The notes beneath the pieces were generated by a model that saw nothing but the letters and a program-made list of their open reading frames with translations, did no database searches and was not told where the DNA came from. The position numbers were made by a program, and so were the translations under genes. A DNA stretch of 64,000 nucleotides, from NCBI GenBank assembly GCA_963804955.1, contig CAWDSQ010000036.1, positions 12,337 to 76,336 on the forward strand, read 5' to 3'. This stretch comes from an uncultured delta proteobacterium. Lineage in GTDB: Bacteria > Desulfobacterota > WTBG01 > CAIYCZ01 > CAIRTM01. Shown here one piece after another: positions 12,999 to 23,664 of this stretch; the stretch's first letter is position 1; every line of letters begins with the position of its first letter.

Positions 12999-13944
12999 TT
13001 AACATGGGATTTTCCACAATCCCGCCTTGAGATAGGGCTGCCCGGCAGAGGGAAAATCATCCGGCTCATGCTCCAGCCACTCAAGCTGCCACGATGCCGG
13101 GTGCCACTGGCGATACTGCTCCTGCGAAACAGCAGGCGAATTGACCACGGTAAGGGCAAGGCCTCCCGGGACGAGGCTGCTGACAAGATCCAGGCAGCGG
13201 GGAAAATCCTTTTTTACGGCAAACGAGCCCTGCTTGCTGCGGGCGAAGGTCGGCGGGTCCAGCACCACGCAGTCAAAGCGCCGGCCTTTTTTTGCAAAGG
13301 CTTTCATCCAGGTCAGGGCGTCGCCGTACATGAAGTCGCGCTCATCGCAGGCAATGCCGTTGAGCCCGTAGTTGCGCCGGGCGCGCTCCAGGGCTGTTTT
13401 GGCCAGGTCAAGGTTGAGTGCGCTGCTCAAACCGTTTTTCAGGCCATGCACCGAGAACATGCCGCTGTAGCAGAAGAGGTTGAGCATGGCGCCTCCGTTT
13501 TTATAGTGCGGGGCAAGCAGGCCGCGTATGATGCGCATATCAAGAAACAGGCCTGTGTGCCTGCCGAGCATCAAATCCACGGCAACCCTGACGCCGTTCT
13601 GCATCACGACGAGCTCTTCCGGCGGGGCATGGCCGTCCATGATGCTGCTGCGGCACGGGTAATCGCGCCACGGCGTTGCGCTGCCGCTTATGTCCTTCCA
13701 GAGAATGCCCCGGGGCTTGCAGGGAAGGCAGCGGCCGAGCTTGTATAATGGCAGGAAACAGGGTCTTTTGCTTCTGAAGGAGGGAGGCCTTTTCAATCTG
13801 CACCAGCAGCCAGGCTCCGTAGCGGTCAACCGTGATGCCGTCCATGCCGTCGCCTGCGCCGTTGAACAGGCGGCAGCAGTCATGCGCCGGGTCGGCATAA
13901 AGCGGTGCGCGCAGGGCAAAGGCTTTTTCAAATATGGGGGTCAT
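12999..13944 (-). CDS. Class I SAM-dependent rRNA methyltransferase, RlmI/RlmK-like (frameshift near 13720)
   Basis: RLFNGAGDGMDGITVDRYG; TGLFLDMR; LNLFCYSG; VVLDPPTF. Confidence 0.85.
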
Positions 13945-14032
13945 TGTTGTTTGTCCGACAGTAGATTTTTGGGTTCTGCAATGCTACTGTAGATATTTCC
14001 GCTGTGTTCATGTTAGTGCGGTCCTTCAGAAA

Positions 14033-14236
14033 AGAAGCCAGAAGTCAGGAGCCAGAATTCAGAATGGAAGACATACAGGCTTCAAGGAGTTTATTTGTTT
14101 TCTTTTTTCATACAATAATAACCTGTGGCGTGTTTAGTGTTTTTTCTTCTGACTTCTGACTTCTGACTTCTGACTCCTGACTACTGGCTTCTGACTTCTG
14201 ACTTCTGGCTACTGACTCCTGACTCCTGACTCCTGT
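14033..14236. repeat. Heptamer tandem-repeat element with inverted arms
   Basis: 13 copies of CT(T/C/A)CTG(A/G) at 14146-14236 and complementary units AGAAGCC/AGAAGTC/AGGAGCC at 14033-14064. Confidence 0.85.
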
Positions 14237-14267
14237 TTTTTATTTCTCCACATGATTATACCACAGC

Positions 14268-14920
14268 TTATCTGCGTCTTTTGAAAAAGGGCAGCAGCAC
14301 AATGCCGCCTGCAAAGCCGCCGATATGTGCCCACCAGGCAATGCCTCCCTGCGATGAAGAGGAGAGCGCCCGCTCAGAAACTGCAAAAGAAACCAGAATG
14401 CAAGAAAGAAGAAAGCCGGCACCTCGACAAAGTCGATGAAAATAAACAGAAAAACAAGCATCACGATTCTGGCCCGCGGATACAGGCAGAAATAGGCGCC
14501 CATCACGCCGGCAATGGCGCCGCTTGCCCCAACCATGGGAATGCGCGCCCCGGGGGCTGACCAGAGCTGTGCTGCTGCGGCGCATATGCCGCACAGCAGA
14601 TAAAACAGCAGATAGCGGAAATGGCCCATGCGGTCTTCCACATTGTCCCCAAAGATATAGAGATAGAGCATGTTGCCGAGAAAATGCAGCCATCCGGCAT
14701 GCAGAAACATGGAGGTGATGACGGTGGTGAAGCCGGCAAGGTGCATGCTGCCATGAGAGCCGAGCACATGTGCCGGGACCATGCCCCAGGCCAGCACAAA
14801 CCTGTCCAGATGGGGGCCCAGCGACAGCTGATACAGAAAGCAGACAAGGTTTGCCCCGATCAGGGCATAGTTTGTGATGGGGAAGGTGCGTGAGGCGATA
14901 TTGTCGCGAAGGGGGATCAT
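14268..14920 (-). CDS. Rhomboid intramembrane serine protease (frameshift near 14370)
   Basis: SMFLHAGWLHFLGNMLYL, GASGAIAG; the catalytic-His segment AWWAHIGGF is in the alternative frame ending at 14268. Confidence 0.9.
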
Positions 14921-15089
14921 GCTGCGGGTTTTGTCTCCTGCCGGGAAACGGTTAAGGTGCTTGTTTGTCTACAACCGGGGATATTCTATCGCGACCGGGC
15001 ACGGAAGGTCAAAGACTTCATGCACCTGTCCTCAGACGAGACGTCAGCAGAGGCTCATGCGCTTTTTCAGTTTCCGGCCGGACAGCCGT

Positions 15090-15941
15090 TTATGGGGTCA
15101 GGTTTTTGATCATGCCGGCCAGACGGTAAAATTCTTCAACGGTAAATGTTTCGGCGCGGCGCGTGAGCGCTATATTTTCTTTGTCTGCTGCCGCTCTGAG
15201 CGCTTCGGCATTGATGCTGCGCTGCCCGATATACCCCTTGAGGCAATTCTGAAATGTTTTGCGGCGCTGCGAGAAGCCCGTGCGCACAATCATGCGAAAC
15301 AGCTCTTCATCCGGGCCATGCCAGCTTTTTTCGGCAAGGGGCGCAAGCTCAATAACTGCGGAATCAACTTTCGGCACAGGGTAGAAACACCGGGCCGGTA
15401 TGATCATGCGAATGGAAGCGGCAAGATATGCCCGGCAGTAGACGGTAAGAATGCCGTAGTCTTTGCAGCCGGGCGGGGCGCAGAGCCGCTCGGCCACCTC
15501 CTTCTGTACGATAAATACGGCCCGCTTGAGAAAAGCGCTGTCTTCCAGTATTTTTATGATAATGGGAGAGGTGATGGCATAGGGAATGCTGCCGAAGATA
15601 ACAGCCCTTTTGCCGCCGAGCACGCTGCCGAAATCCGCCTTAAGGATATCCTGAAAGTGCAGCGTGACGGAGCCGTCCTGCGGAAGCTGCCGCTCCAGTA
15701 TGCCGTAGAGGTTACGGTCTATTTCATAGCAGATGACGCGTGCTCCGGTTTCATGCAGAAAAAGCGTCAGCGAGCCCGGGCCCGGCCCGATTTCTATAAC
15801 CGTGTCATCGGGGGTAAGGCCGGCACAGGACACGGCCTTTTCAGCGCTGTTGCGGTCGATAAGAAAATTCTGGCTGCGCTGTTTGCTTGGACGTATGCCG
15901 AGTTTTTTTATGATGCTCTGAGTTGGGAAGATTATGGGCAT
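15090..15941 (-). CDS. rsmA: 16S rRNA adenine dimethyltransferase
   Basis: SQNFLID, IEIGPGPGSLT, EID, SIPYAIT, QKEVAERL, FYPVPKVDSA, RRAETF. Confidence 0.95.
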   Translation of the reverse strand: MPIIFPTQSIIKKLGIRPSKQRSQNFLIDRNSAEKAVSCAGLTPDDTVIEIGPGPGSLTLFLHETGARVICYEIDRNLYGILERQLPQDGSVTLHFQDILKADFGSVLGGKRAVIFGSIPYAITSPIIIKILEDSAFLKRAVFIVQKEVAERLCAPPGCKDYGILTVYCRAYLAASIRMIIPARCFYPVPKVDSAVIELAPLAEKSWHGPDEELFRMIVRTGFSQRRKTFQNCLKGYIGQRSINAEALRAAADKENIALTRRAETFTVEEFYRLAGMIKNLTP

Positions 15942-16035
15942 GGGGAGATTCTTGATTTTAAAATTGGCGTAAGGGCGGGGTAATTCCCAATACATGTGAA
16001 TGAGATGTATAATAATCGAAAAAACAAAAACCTAT

Positions 16036-16102
16036 TGTCATTCCGGCTTGTCCGGAATCCTTATGCTGCGGTGGGAAAGATTCCGGACAAGCCGGAATGA
16101 CA
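16036..16102. repeat. GTCAT-type REP palindrome; intact example of the IS110 target family
   Basis: TGTCATTCCGGCTTGTCCGGAATC ... GATTCCGGACAAGCCGGAATGACA. Confidence 0.85.
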
Positions 16103-16196
16103 GGCATGGAGTTGTTTTCTGGAGTTTTCATTTCGTTTTATTAATCCACCGGGAGCGGGGGTACCCCCGCATTTTGGATATGCGCGAACCGGCAAT

Positions 16197-16682
16197 TTAT
16201 TTTTTGCCGGTAAAATACGGCAGCAGCCGCCTATAGGTAGATTCAAGCATCTCGGGCATTACCATGGTATCGCTCATGACGGGCATGAAATTGTGATCGC
16301 CGCTCCAGCGGGCTACGATATGCACATGCAGGTGGTCCTCGGCGCCTGCGCCCGCCACCTTCCCTAAATTGATCCCGATATTGATGGCGTCGGGCCTGAG
16401 GGCTTTGCGCAGCCTCTTCGTTGCGCTGCGCACCAGTTCAAACAGGCCGGCCAGCTCTTCTGCTGTCAGGCCCTCAAGATCGGCAACATGGCGCCACGGC
16501 ACCACCATGAGGTGGCCTGCAGTATAGGGGTATTTGTTTAAAATTACAAAGGCATGCTCGGTTTCGGCAAGTATGAAGCAGCGCTCCCGGTAGCCCCTGG
16601 TTTTCTTTATGCACAGAAAGCATCCCTTCGGCTTTTTGCCGAGTATGTAGTCGATTCTCCAGGGCGCCCAGACATTTTTCAT
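16197..16682 (-). CDS. HIT-family hydrolase
   Basis: WAPWR, LNKYPYTAGHLMVVP, AGAG...HLHVHIV. Confidence 0.92.
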   Translation of the reverse strand: MKNVWAPWRIDYILGKKPKGCFLCIKKTRGYRERCFILAETEHAFVILNKYPYTAGHLMVVPWRHVADLEGLTAEELAGLFELVRSATKRLRKALRPDAINIGINLGKVAGAGAEDHLHVHIVARWSGDHNFMPVMSDTMVMPEMLESTYRRLLPYFTGKK

Positions 16683-16764
16683 AGTGCTGTATTGACAGAT
16701 AGGTTGCTTTACACGGCAGTGTAGCACAAAAGCATGCTGGCATTCAAGAAAGTTGCATGGGGGG

Positions 16765-16986
16765 AGGAGTCAGAATTCAGTAGCCGGAATTCAGAATAAA
16801 AGACATAGAGGCTCCAGAACTCCTGTCTTAAGGGCAGGCTCGAGTGGTCTGCACCTACGCTTCAAACTTGTCCTTTTTTGACGACACTGAACAGTTGCTA
16901 CTGTTGAATCTTTTTCTACTACAGACTCAATCTAATGCTGTTGGTTTTTGACTTCTGGATTCTACTTCTGACTCCTGACTTCTGTT
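16765..16986. repeat. Second heptamer-armed element
   Basis: GAGTCAGAATTCAGTAGCCGGAATTCAGAATAAAAGACATAGAGGC (similar to 14043-14080) and CTTCTGG/CTTCTGA/CTCCTGA units at 16952-16986. Confidence 0.7.
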
Positions 16987-16989
16987 TCT

Positions 16990-17716
16990 CTAAATTCCCG
17001 TCAGCTCCATATCCCCCCATACGCCCAGCTTGTCGTCCTTGATAATGACCATGCCGTCGATGCAGCCCAGGCTTTGCCCCAGGTCTAAGGCTTTTTGAAT
17101 ATCCTGTGCGGTTTTTACGGCATTTCCGACAGCGCTTGCCGCGGCATCGGCAAGAGCTGCGGTTTTCGCCCTGATGGTTACGGCATCAGCTCTGCCGAAG
17201 CTCAGCGAGGGCCCGACTGTACCCGACGAGGTGCATATGCCGAAAGGGGTCATCTACTGCTTCGATTTTAATGCCGATTCGTTCGCTGAGGGGAGAACTG
17301 CCTGCAAATATCCCTACCGTGATGGGTCTGTTGATTTTAAAAAAGATATCGCCGCCGTTTTCAACGATGACTTCCCTGCTGTGCTTCAGAAGTTCAGCGC
17401 CCACAAAGTCTGCCACCGCGCCTGCCACCGCTGCCATGGGCCCAACGTTGCAGGCCGCGGCTGCCTGCAGCATGGCCTGCACCAGCGGCGGGGCAAACTC
17501 GTCATCGGCAAGGGGCACAAGGGATGTTTTGAATTCAGGCCTGCCCTTAATGTAGGTTTCAAGAATGTAGCGCGCCTGCACAGCGGCATCAAGGGCTTCT
17601 TTTTCAAGCTTGCGCTCTGCGCTGATGAACAGGTCCGTATCCTTCACCGCAACCGTAAACGACACAAGGCCGTCACTTGCTGAGTAATCGCGGTAGTTGC
17701 GGTTCTCGTAGGGCAT
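16990..17716 (-). CDS. UPF0280 / ApbE-like protein (frameshift near 17250)
   Basis: VGPMAAVAGAVA, IVENGGDI, GICTSSGTVGPSLSFGRADAV, ALADAAAS. Confidence 0.9.
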
Positions 17717-17748
17717 GAAGATCGGGGGTAAAAAATTTATTAAAGAAT

Positions 17749-18048
17749 TTAAGGCTTGGCGGCTCTTTGCTGCCATCTTTTTGGGTCTCGCTTGAGATGC
17801 ATTACCGCAGCAACCAAAACATGGTCTTTTCGTATCTGGTATAAAACGGCATATGGAAACCGGTTGGTCATGCAGCGTCGTGTTCGGCGGGAAAAGAGCG
17901 GCCAGGCGTCCGGGAAGGAAACAATCCGGTTAAGCGTATTCTTGACCTCGGCAGCAAATTCATACCCCAGGCCGGAAGACTGCTCATTATAATAATCAAC
18001 AGCCTCGGCAAATTCCTGTTCGGCACAGGCCAGAAAGCGGATATTCAT
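17749..18048 (-). CDS. RelE/ParE-family toxin
   Basis: AEQEFAEAVDYY...LGYEF...RFPYAVLY...VAAVMHLKRDP. Confidence 0.88.
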   Translation of the reverse strand: MNIRFLACAEQEFAEAVDYYNEQSSGLGYEFAAEVKNTLNRIVSFPDAWPLFSRRTRRCMTNRFPYAVLYQIRKDHVLVAAVMHLKRDPKRWQQRAAKP

Positions 18049-18063
18049 CGTTTGTTTATCCGC

Positions 18064-18270
18064 TCAAATACTGCCTCTAGCGGAATCAGCGCTGATATGT
18101 CCGGCATCGCAAGCGTCAAGACGTGCCTCTGCCTCCTCTGCCCAGAGGGTGTCAACAGCATCGTCAGGAGCCTTATCGAAGCTGTGAAAAAGTTCCTCGA
18201 TGAGCTGCGCCCGTTCAACAGGTTTTAAGCTCAATGCCTGTTTTAGTACTGTCTCTGTTGCTGCCGTCAT
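18064..18270 (-). CDS. Addiction-module antitoxin (TIGR02574-like)
   Basis: ALSLKPVERAQLIEELFHSF...WAEEAEARL; lies directly upstream of the toxin. Confidence 0.85.
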   Translation of the reverse strand: MTAATETVLKQALSLKPVERAQLIEELFHSFDKAPDDAVDTLWAEEAEARLDACDAGHISADSARGSI

Positions 18271-18396
18271 TGCTGAAAATCACCTCGTTTCTTCTCGAAT
18301 GATCCCTGAAAAAACTATAGCACCCGGTTTTGTTCGTGTCAATTAAGACCCGGGGAGTGACAGGGTGGCTGCTGTGCGCACGGCCCACTGCATTTC

Positions 18397-21300
18397 TCAG
18401 TGAAAGCTCACGCTGTGCTTGCCCATGATGGACTCAACCTCGGTGATGAGCAGGGGCGAGGCGCTGGTCTTGAATCCGTCGCCAAAGCTGATGACCGTTT
18501 CGCCCGAGCCGGGAATGACCACATGCATGTACACTTTTGACTTGCCGGGGTTGTTTTTCAGTATACCCTTCATTTTGGAAAGCCCGATGTCGTTTACCTT
18601 GTGGATGTGGCATTTCACGTGAATTTCGGGCGTTGCGATTTCATAGGCTTTTTCAATGGGCACGATTTCTGTTGCCAGAATGCTGTTGCCTTCGGCTTCG
18701 ATCTTGAGATCGCCCTTGACGATGATCGGGTGTTCGCCTTTGAGCAGGTTCTCATACTGCGCATACTGCTTCGGGAAAACCACCACCTTGATGGTCCCCA
18801 GCACGTCTTCGAGGGTGACATGGGCCATGAGCTTGCCGGCTTTTTTCGTGGTGAGGCTTCTCAGGGCGCTGACCACGCCGCCGATGGTGATGGCACGTTC
18901 TTTCGTTTCCGCGGCAGCGCTTGCTGTTGTCGAGCTGGTGCAGGCCCGCAGTATGACCATGTAGTGGTCAAGCGGGTGGCCGGTCACGTAGAAGCCCAGA
19001 CACTCCTTTTCGTAATTGAGCCGCTCCTTCTGGTCCCAGTCGGGCAGGTCGGGGTAGACCATGGTGTCGTCGCCGGCTGTGCCGGCTTTCTCCGATATGG
19101 CGGCAAACATGCTCATCTGGTTTTTCGCCTTTTCCTTCTGCTCGCGCTGCACCAGGGCTGTCACGTCGTCGGCAACGGCCATGAGCTGCGAGCGCTTCAC
19201 GCCGAAGGAGTCCATGGCGCCGCACTTGATAAGGCTTTCCACGACCTTCTTGTTCACCTTGCGCAGGTCAACGCGGCGGCAGAGATCAAGCAGCGACCTG
19301 AACGGCCCGTCCTTTTCCCGCGCCGCGATGATAGAATCGATGGCTGCGGACCCCACGTTTTTCACCGCTGCGAGCCCGAACCTGATCTTGTTGCCCACAA
19401 CCTTGAAGCCCTCAATGCTGTCGTTGACATCCGGCGGCAGCACGTCAATATGCTTTTCGCGGCATTCGCTGATGTAGTTGACCACCTTGTCGGTATTGCC
19501 CATTTCCGAGCTCAGCAGCGCCGCCATGAATTCAACCGGGAAGTGCGCCTTCAGATAGGCTGTCTGGTAGGTTATGGAGGCATAGGCTGCGCTGTGGGAC
19601 TTGTTGAAACCGTATTCGGCGAATTTTTCCATAAGGGCGAAAATGTCGGCAGCCTTGTCCTGGTTTATCTTGTTTTTTTTCGCGCCTTCAAGAAACTTTT
19701 CCTTTTGCTTGAGCATCTCCTCTTTTTTCTTTTTGCCCATGGCGCGGCGCAGCAGATCGGCATCGGCCAGCGAAAAACCGGCAAGATTGCTGGCGATGCG
19801 CATGACCTGCTCCTGATAGAGGATGATGCCATAGGTCTCTTTGAGAACATCCTCAAGCTGGGGCAGGGGATAGGCTATGGGCTTCCTGCCATGCTTGCAT
19901 GCCACGAAATCATCGACCATGCCGCTGCCCAGGGGGCCCGGCCGGTACAGGGCCAGAAGGGCGGTGAGGTCTTCGATATTGCCCGGCCGAATGCGCGTCA
20001 GGAGCTCCTTCATCCCGGAGCTTTCAAGCTGGAACACGCCGTCGGTTTCACCTGATGACAGAAGCTCATAGCTTTTCGGGTCATTCAGGGGCAGGTCGTT
20101 GATGTCGGGCAGATCATTTGCGGGATTTGCCCTGACAAACTCAACGCTTTTTTCAATCACCGTGAGGGTCTTCAGACCCAGAAAGTCGAACTTGATAAGA
20201 CCGATGGCATCAACGCCCTTCATTTCAAACTGCGTCATCACAACGCCATCGGTTGATTTGCACATGGGCACATAATTATCAAGGGGCGCATCGGCAATCA
20301 CCACCCCTGCGGCATGGGTGGAAGCATGGCGGGCAAGCCCTTCAAGGGCTTTTGAAATGGTGATAAGCCTTTGTATCTGCTCGTCGGTATCGATCAAGTC
20401 CTTCAGGCGCGGCTCCTGCAGAATGGCCAGATCGATGGTCATTTTCGGATCAGCAGGCACGAGCTTGGCGATGGTGTCGACTTCCTTGTAGGGCATGTCA
20501 AGGGCACGGCCCACATCCCGTATAACGCCTTTTGCATTCATGCGGCCGAAGGTGATGATCTGGGCCACATTTTCCTTGCCGTATTTCTCGGTCACATACT
20601 TGATGATGCGGTCGCGGTTCTCCTGGCAGAAGTCGACGTCTATATCAGGAGGGTTTACGCGCTCGGGGTTCAGAAAGCGCTCGAAGAGCAGGTTGTTTTC
20701 AATCGGATCGATCTCGGTGATGCCAAGGGTGTAGGCCACAAGACTTCCTGCTGCCGAGCCGCGGCCCGGCCCCACAGGGCAGCCATTGTTTTTTGCATAC
20801 TTGATGAAATCGGAAACAATGAGAAAATAGGTCGTAAACTGCATCTGCGTTATCATCTTGATTTCGTCTTCAAGCCTTTTTCGATAGACCGCGGCGCGCT
20901 TTTCGAATTCATCAGGATGGGCCCGCCTGATTTTAACAAGCCGCTCTTCAAGGCCCGTGCGGCTCATTTCCTCGAAATAGCTCTGGTTGATTTTGCCTTC
21001 GGGCGGGGTGAAGTTGGGGAATTTGTATTCACCCAGGGTTATTTCAAAATTGCAGCGCTCGGCAATGGCTATGGTGTTTTTCAGGGCCTCGGGCACAGAG
21101 GAGAAAGCCCGCTGCATTTCATCCGGCGACTTGAAGTAAAACTCCTCGGTGGTGAAGCGCATGCGGCCGGGCGTGTTGATGGTCTTGCCGGTCTGAATGC
21201 ACAGCAGCACTTCGTGGGCGAAGGCGTCACCGGCGTTCAGATAGTGGCAGTCATTGGTTGCCACCAGGGGTATGCCTGTTTTTTTCGCTATTTCAATCAG

Positions 21301-21876
21301 CCCTTCATTTACCCTGCGCTGGTCGTCGAGCTTGTTTTCCTGCATCTCAAGGTAAAAGCGCTCATTGTCAAAAAGCTGGCGGTACTCGTCGGCCAGTGCC
21401 AGGGCCTGCTTCATGTCGCCTGCAAGTATCGCATGCGGAATTTCGCCGTGCAGGCAGGCAGACAGGGCGATAAGCCCCTCATGGTGCTCCTGTAAAATCT
21501 GTTTGTCGATGCGTGGCTTATAATACATGCCTTCAATATAGGCGGCCGAGACGAGCTTGAGCAGATTATGATACCCGGTCTTGTTTGTCGCCAATAGTAT
21601 GAGATGATTGTTGGAGCCTTTGCTGCTGGAGGCGTCCTTGTCGAAACGGCTGCCCGGCGCCAGATACATTTCGCAGCCGATGATGGGCTTCAGGCCGTTT
21701 TTTGTGGCTTTTTCATAGAAATCAACGGTGCCGAACATATTGCCGTGGTCGGTCATGGTAATGGCGGGCATGTGATACTCTTTGGCCTTGTGCATCAGGT
21801 CATCAAGCCGGATGGCGCCGTCAAGCAGGCTGTACTGCGTATGCACGTGGAGATGGACGAATTCTGCGTGTTTCAT
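18397..21876 (-). CDS. dnaE: DNA polymerase III alpha subunit
   Basis: PHP domain HLHVHTQYSLLDG, GRGSAAGS, PDIDVDF, KFDFLGL, FNKSHS, OB fold. Confidence 0.98.
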   Translation of the reverse strand: MKHAEFVHLHVHTQYSLLDGAIRLDDLMHKAKEYHMPAITMTDHGNMFGTVDFYEKATKNGLKPIIGCEMYLAPGSRFDKDASSSKGSNNHLILLATNKTGYHNLLKLVSAAYIEGMYYKPRIDKQILQEHHEGLIALSACLHGEIPHAILAGDMKQALALADEYRQLFDNERFYLEMQENKLDDQRRVNEGLIEIAKKTGIPLVATNDCHYLNAGDAFAHEVLLCIQTGKTINTPGRMRFTTEEFYFKSPDEMQRAFSSVPEALKNTIAIAERCNFEITLGEYKFPNFTPPEGKINQSYFEEMSRTGLEERLVKIRRAHPDEFEKRAAVYRKRLEDEIKMITQMQFTTYFLIVSDFIKYAKNNGCPVGPGRGSAAGSLVAYTLGITEIDPIENNLLFERFLNPERVNPPDIDVDFCQENRDRIIKYVTEKYGKENVAQIITFGRMNAKGVIRDVGRALDMPYKEVDTIAKLVPADPKMTIDLAILQEPRLKDLIDTDEQIQRLITISKALEGLARHASTHAAGVVIADAPLDNYVPMCKSTDGVVMTQFEMKGVDAIGLIKFDFLGLKTLTVIEKSVEFVRANPANDLPDINDLPLNDPKSYELLSSGETDGVFQLESSGMKELLTRIRPGNIEDLTALLALYRPGPLGSGMVDDFVACKHGRKPIAYPLPQLEDVLKETYGIILYQEQVMRIASNLAGFSLADADLLRRAMGKKKKEEMLKQKEKFLEGAKKNKINQDKAADIFALMEKFAEYGFNKSHSAAYASITYQTAYLKAHFPVEFMAALLSSEMGNTDKVVNYISECREKHIDVLPPDVNDSIEGFKVVGNKIRFGLAAVKNVGSAAIDSIIAAREKDGPFRSLLDLCRRVDLRKVNKKVVESLIKCGAMDSFGVKRSQLMAVADDVTALVQREQKEKAKNQMSMFAAISEKAGTAGDDTMVYPDLPDWDQKERLNYEKECLGFYVTGHPLDHYMVILRACTSSTTASAAAETKERAITIGGVVSALRSLTTKKAGKLMAHVTLEDVLGTIKVVVFPKQYAQYENLLKGEHPIIVKGDLKIEAEGNSILATEIVPIEKAYEIATPEIHVKCHIHKVNDIGLSKMKGILKNNPGKSKVYMHVVIPGSGETVISFGDGFKTSASPLLITEVESIMGKHSVSFH

Positions 21877-22347
21877 TGAAGAGGTATCCTTGCTGGAGTT
21901 CAAAAAAGTCGCATGTGGTGTATAGCCACAATAAAGCACTCGCCGTAAATATTCAATATAAGATTTAATCTGTTGAATTTGTTTATTGTCTTTGATCAGT
22001 TCTATTGGTTCGAATATCTTCTGTGCATAACAGTTTATACAGCAATTAAGAAAGAAATTATCATCGTCCCAGTCAGGGGGAGTGGACTAAGGTGAGGGGG
22101 CATGCTTTTAGCCGTCTCAGGCGAACAACAAAAGCCCCTATCTCCCCGCCCTCTACGACCCTGTGGTGATTCTGGCCGCCTGTTTTTTGTTTCTGGTTTT
22201 TTAATTCCGGCCACTGAATTTTTTATATTTGACAAATATTTTGTTTTTTATAAAGATTATTAAAAATATTTTACACCCATTAAAGGCGGGGGAAAACAAA
22301 GCTGCATAAAAGCCGCCGATACGGCGGGAGAAAGTTCGGCGCAATCC

Positions 22348-22587
22348 ATGATTGAGAAAAAAGATCTGCTGCAGGCAGTGCAGGCGCTGCTTGATGTGGA
22401 AGAGGAAATGCTGGCTCTCTGCCAACGGCAGGTCGGCAGCATCACGTTTTTTTCCGGTCTTCCCCTGCGGAGCCGCCCCGACGTTCGCGCAGGGCTGGAA
22501 GCATTTTGTGCCCGGTCGCAGCAGCACAGGCAGGCCCTTCAAAATCTTATGGCCGGGATTCTATCGGGGGGGCAGGATGTTTACTAA
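22348..22587 (+). CDS. Small helical hypothetical protein
   Basis: 79-aa ORF overlapping the start of the next gene, which has a GGCAGG RBS-like site. Confidence 0.55.
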   Translation: MIEKKDLLQAVQALLDVEEEMLALCQRQVGSITFFSGLPLRSRPDVRAGLEAFCARSQQHRQALQNLMAGILSGGQDVY

Positions 22588-23089
22588 GTCCGACTACCTG
22601 AACTATCTAGACCTGCTGGCGGAAAAAGAGCGCGACATGATGTTCGGCCTGCACCGCCTGATTGATAAGGTATCGGACGAAGCTGTTGCGGGTCAGCTGC
22701 GCGACCTGCTGCGGGAAAAGCAGGAGGCATCCGGGGAGGTCACCCAACTGTTCGGCAGGCTGTTCGGGCTGGCTGCCGAGCAGCGGCGGTATAAGCGCGA
22801 ACCCGCCCTGGGCGAGGCAAAGCTGCGCAATCTCGAAAGCGGGGAAATGGCCGCCTGCCGCTGCCTTGATATATCCCTGGGGGGGCTGTGCGTCCAGCTG
22901 TCAGCCGAACTGCCGCAGGGTGTGCTGCTGGCACTGGAAGTCCGTTTTTTTGAATCGCGCCGTCCCGTTGTGCGCAGGGCCACGGTCAGGTGGTGCCGCC
23001 GGACTGAAGACGGCCGGTACAGGGCGGGCCTTCAGTTCGAAGCGTCACAGGCGACGCATTCAGCAGAGGCTATCTGCGAAGACGGTTGA
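22577..23089 (+). CDS. PilZ-domain protein with helical N-terminus
   Basis: RxxxR (QRRYKR) and DxSxxG (DISLGG) motifs; VRWC...AGLQF. Confidence 0.8.
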   Translation: MFTKSDYLNYLDLLAEKERDMMFGLHRLIDKVSDEAVAGQLRDLLREKQEASGEVTQLFGRLFGLAAEQRRYKREPALGEAKLRNLESGEMAACRCLDISLGGLCVQLSAELPQGVLLALEVRFFESRRPVVRRATVRWCRRTEDGRYRAGLQFEASQATHSAEAICEDG

Positions 23090-23214
23090 GACGGCGGGTG
23101 GAGGAATCTAAAATTCCGGCTGCCCCCCATCAAACTGAAGTGTAAAAAGCCGGAGAAGGACCCGATGTTGGCCCTATCCGGCTTTTTGGTTTCATTGCAG
23201 TGGAAGTAAGCAGC

Positions 23215-23664
23215 TTACCTCGAGGGATCGCTGAATTTCGGCTTCCAGTGGTCATTTCCGCTGCCGTAATAGTAGTTGTTGACGACCACTGTTTTTTCCA
23301 CGACAACCGGCCGTTCAACAACCGCAGGAGCTGCATAGTACTCCGGCGCCGGCGCATAGACTACCGGGGGAGCATAAACCACCGGTGGCGCATACATAAC
23401 CGGGGGAGCACAATAGCCGCCGCCATAGTAACCGTACCCTCTGCCCCAGTAACCGGGGTAATAACCGCCGCCATATCCGCCATAATAACCCCAGCCGCCA
23501 AGGCCAATGGCAATACTGGTAAAACTTCCGTGGTGACCGCCGCCATAGTAATGGTGTCCGCCATGGCCACCGTGTCCTCCATGGCGCCCTCCATGACCAC
23601 CGCCGGCTATGGCTTGAGCACCCGTCATAAAAAAAATCGCCACTGCGAGTATGAAAGTTTTCAT
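23215..23664 (-). CDS. Exported Gly/His/Tyr-rich low-complexity protein
   Basis: Signal peptide MKTFILAVAIFF...AIA; GGH repeats, YYG repeats, YAPP repeats. Confidence 0.7.
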   Translation of the reverse strand: MKTFILAVAIFFMTGAQAIAGGGHGGRHGGHGGHGGHHYYGGGHHGSFTSIAIGLGGWGYYGGYGGGYYPGYWGRGYGYYGGGYCAPPVMYAPPVVYAPPVVYAPAPEYYAAPAVVERPVVVEKTVVVNNYYYGSGNDHWKPKFSDPSR

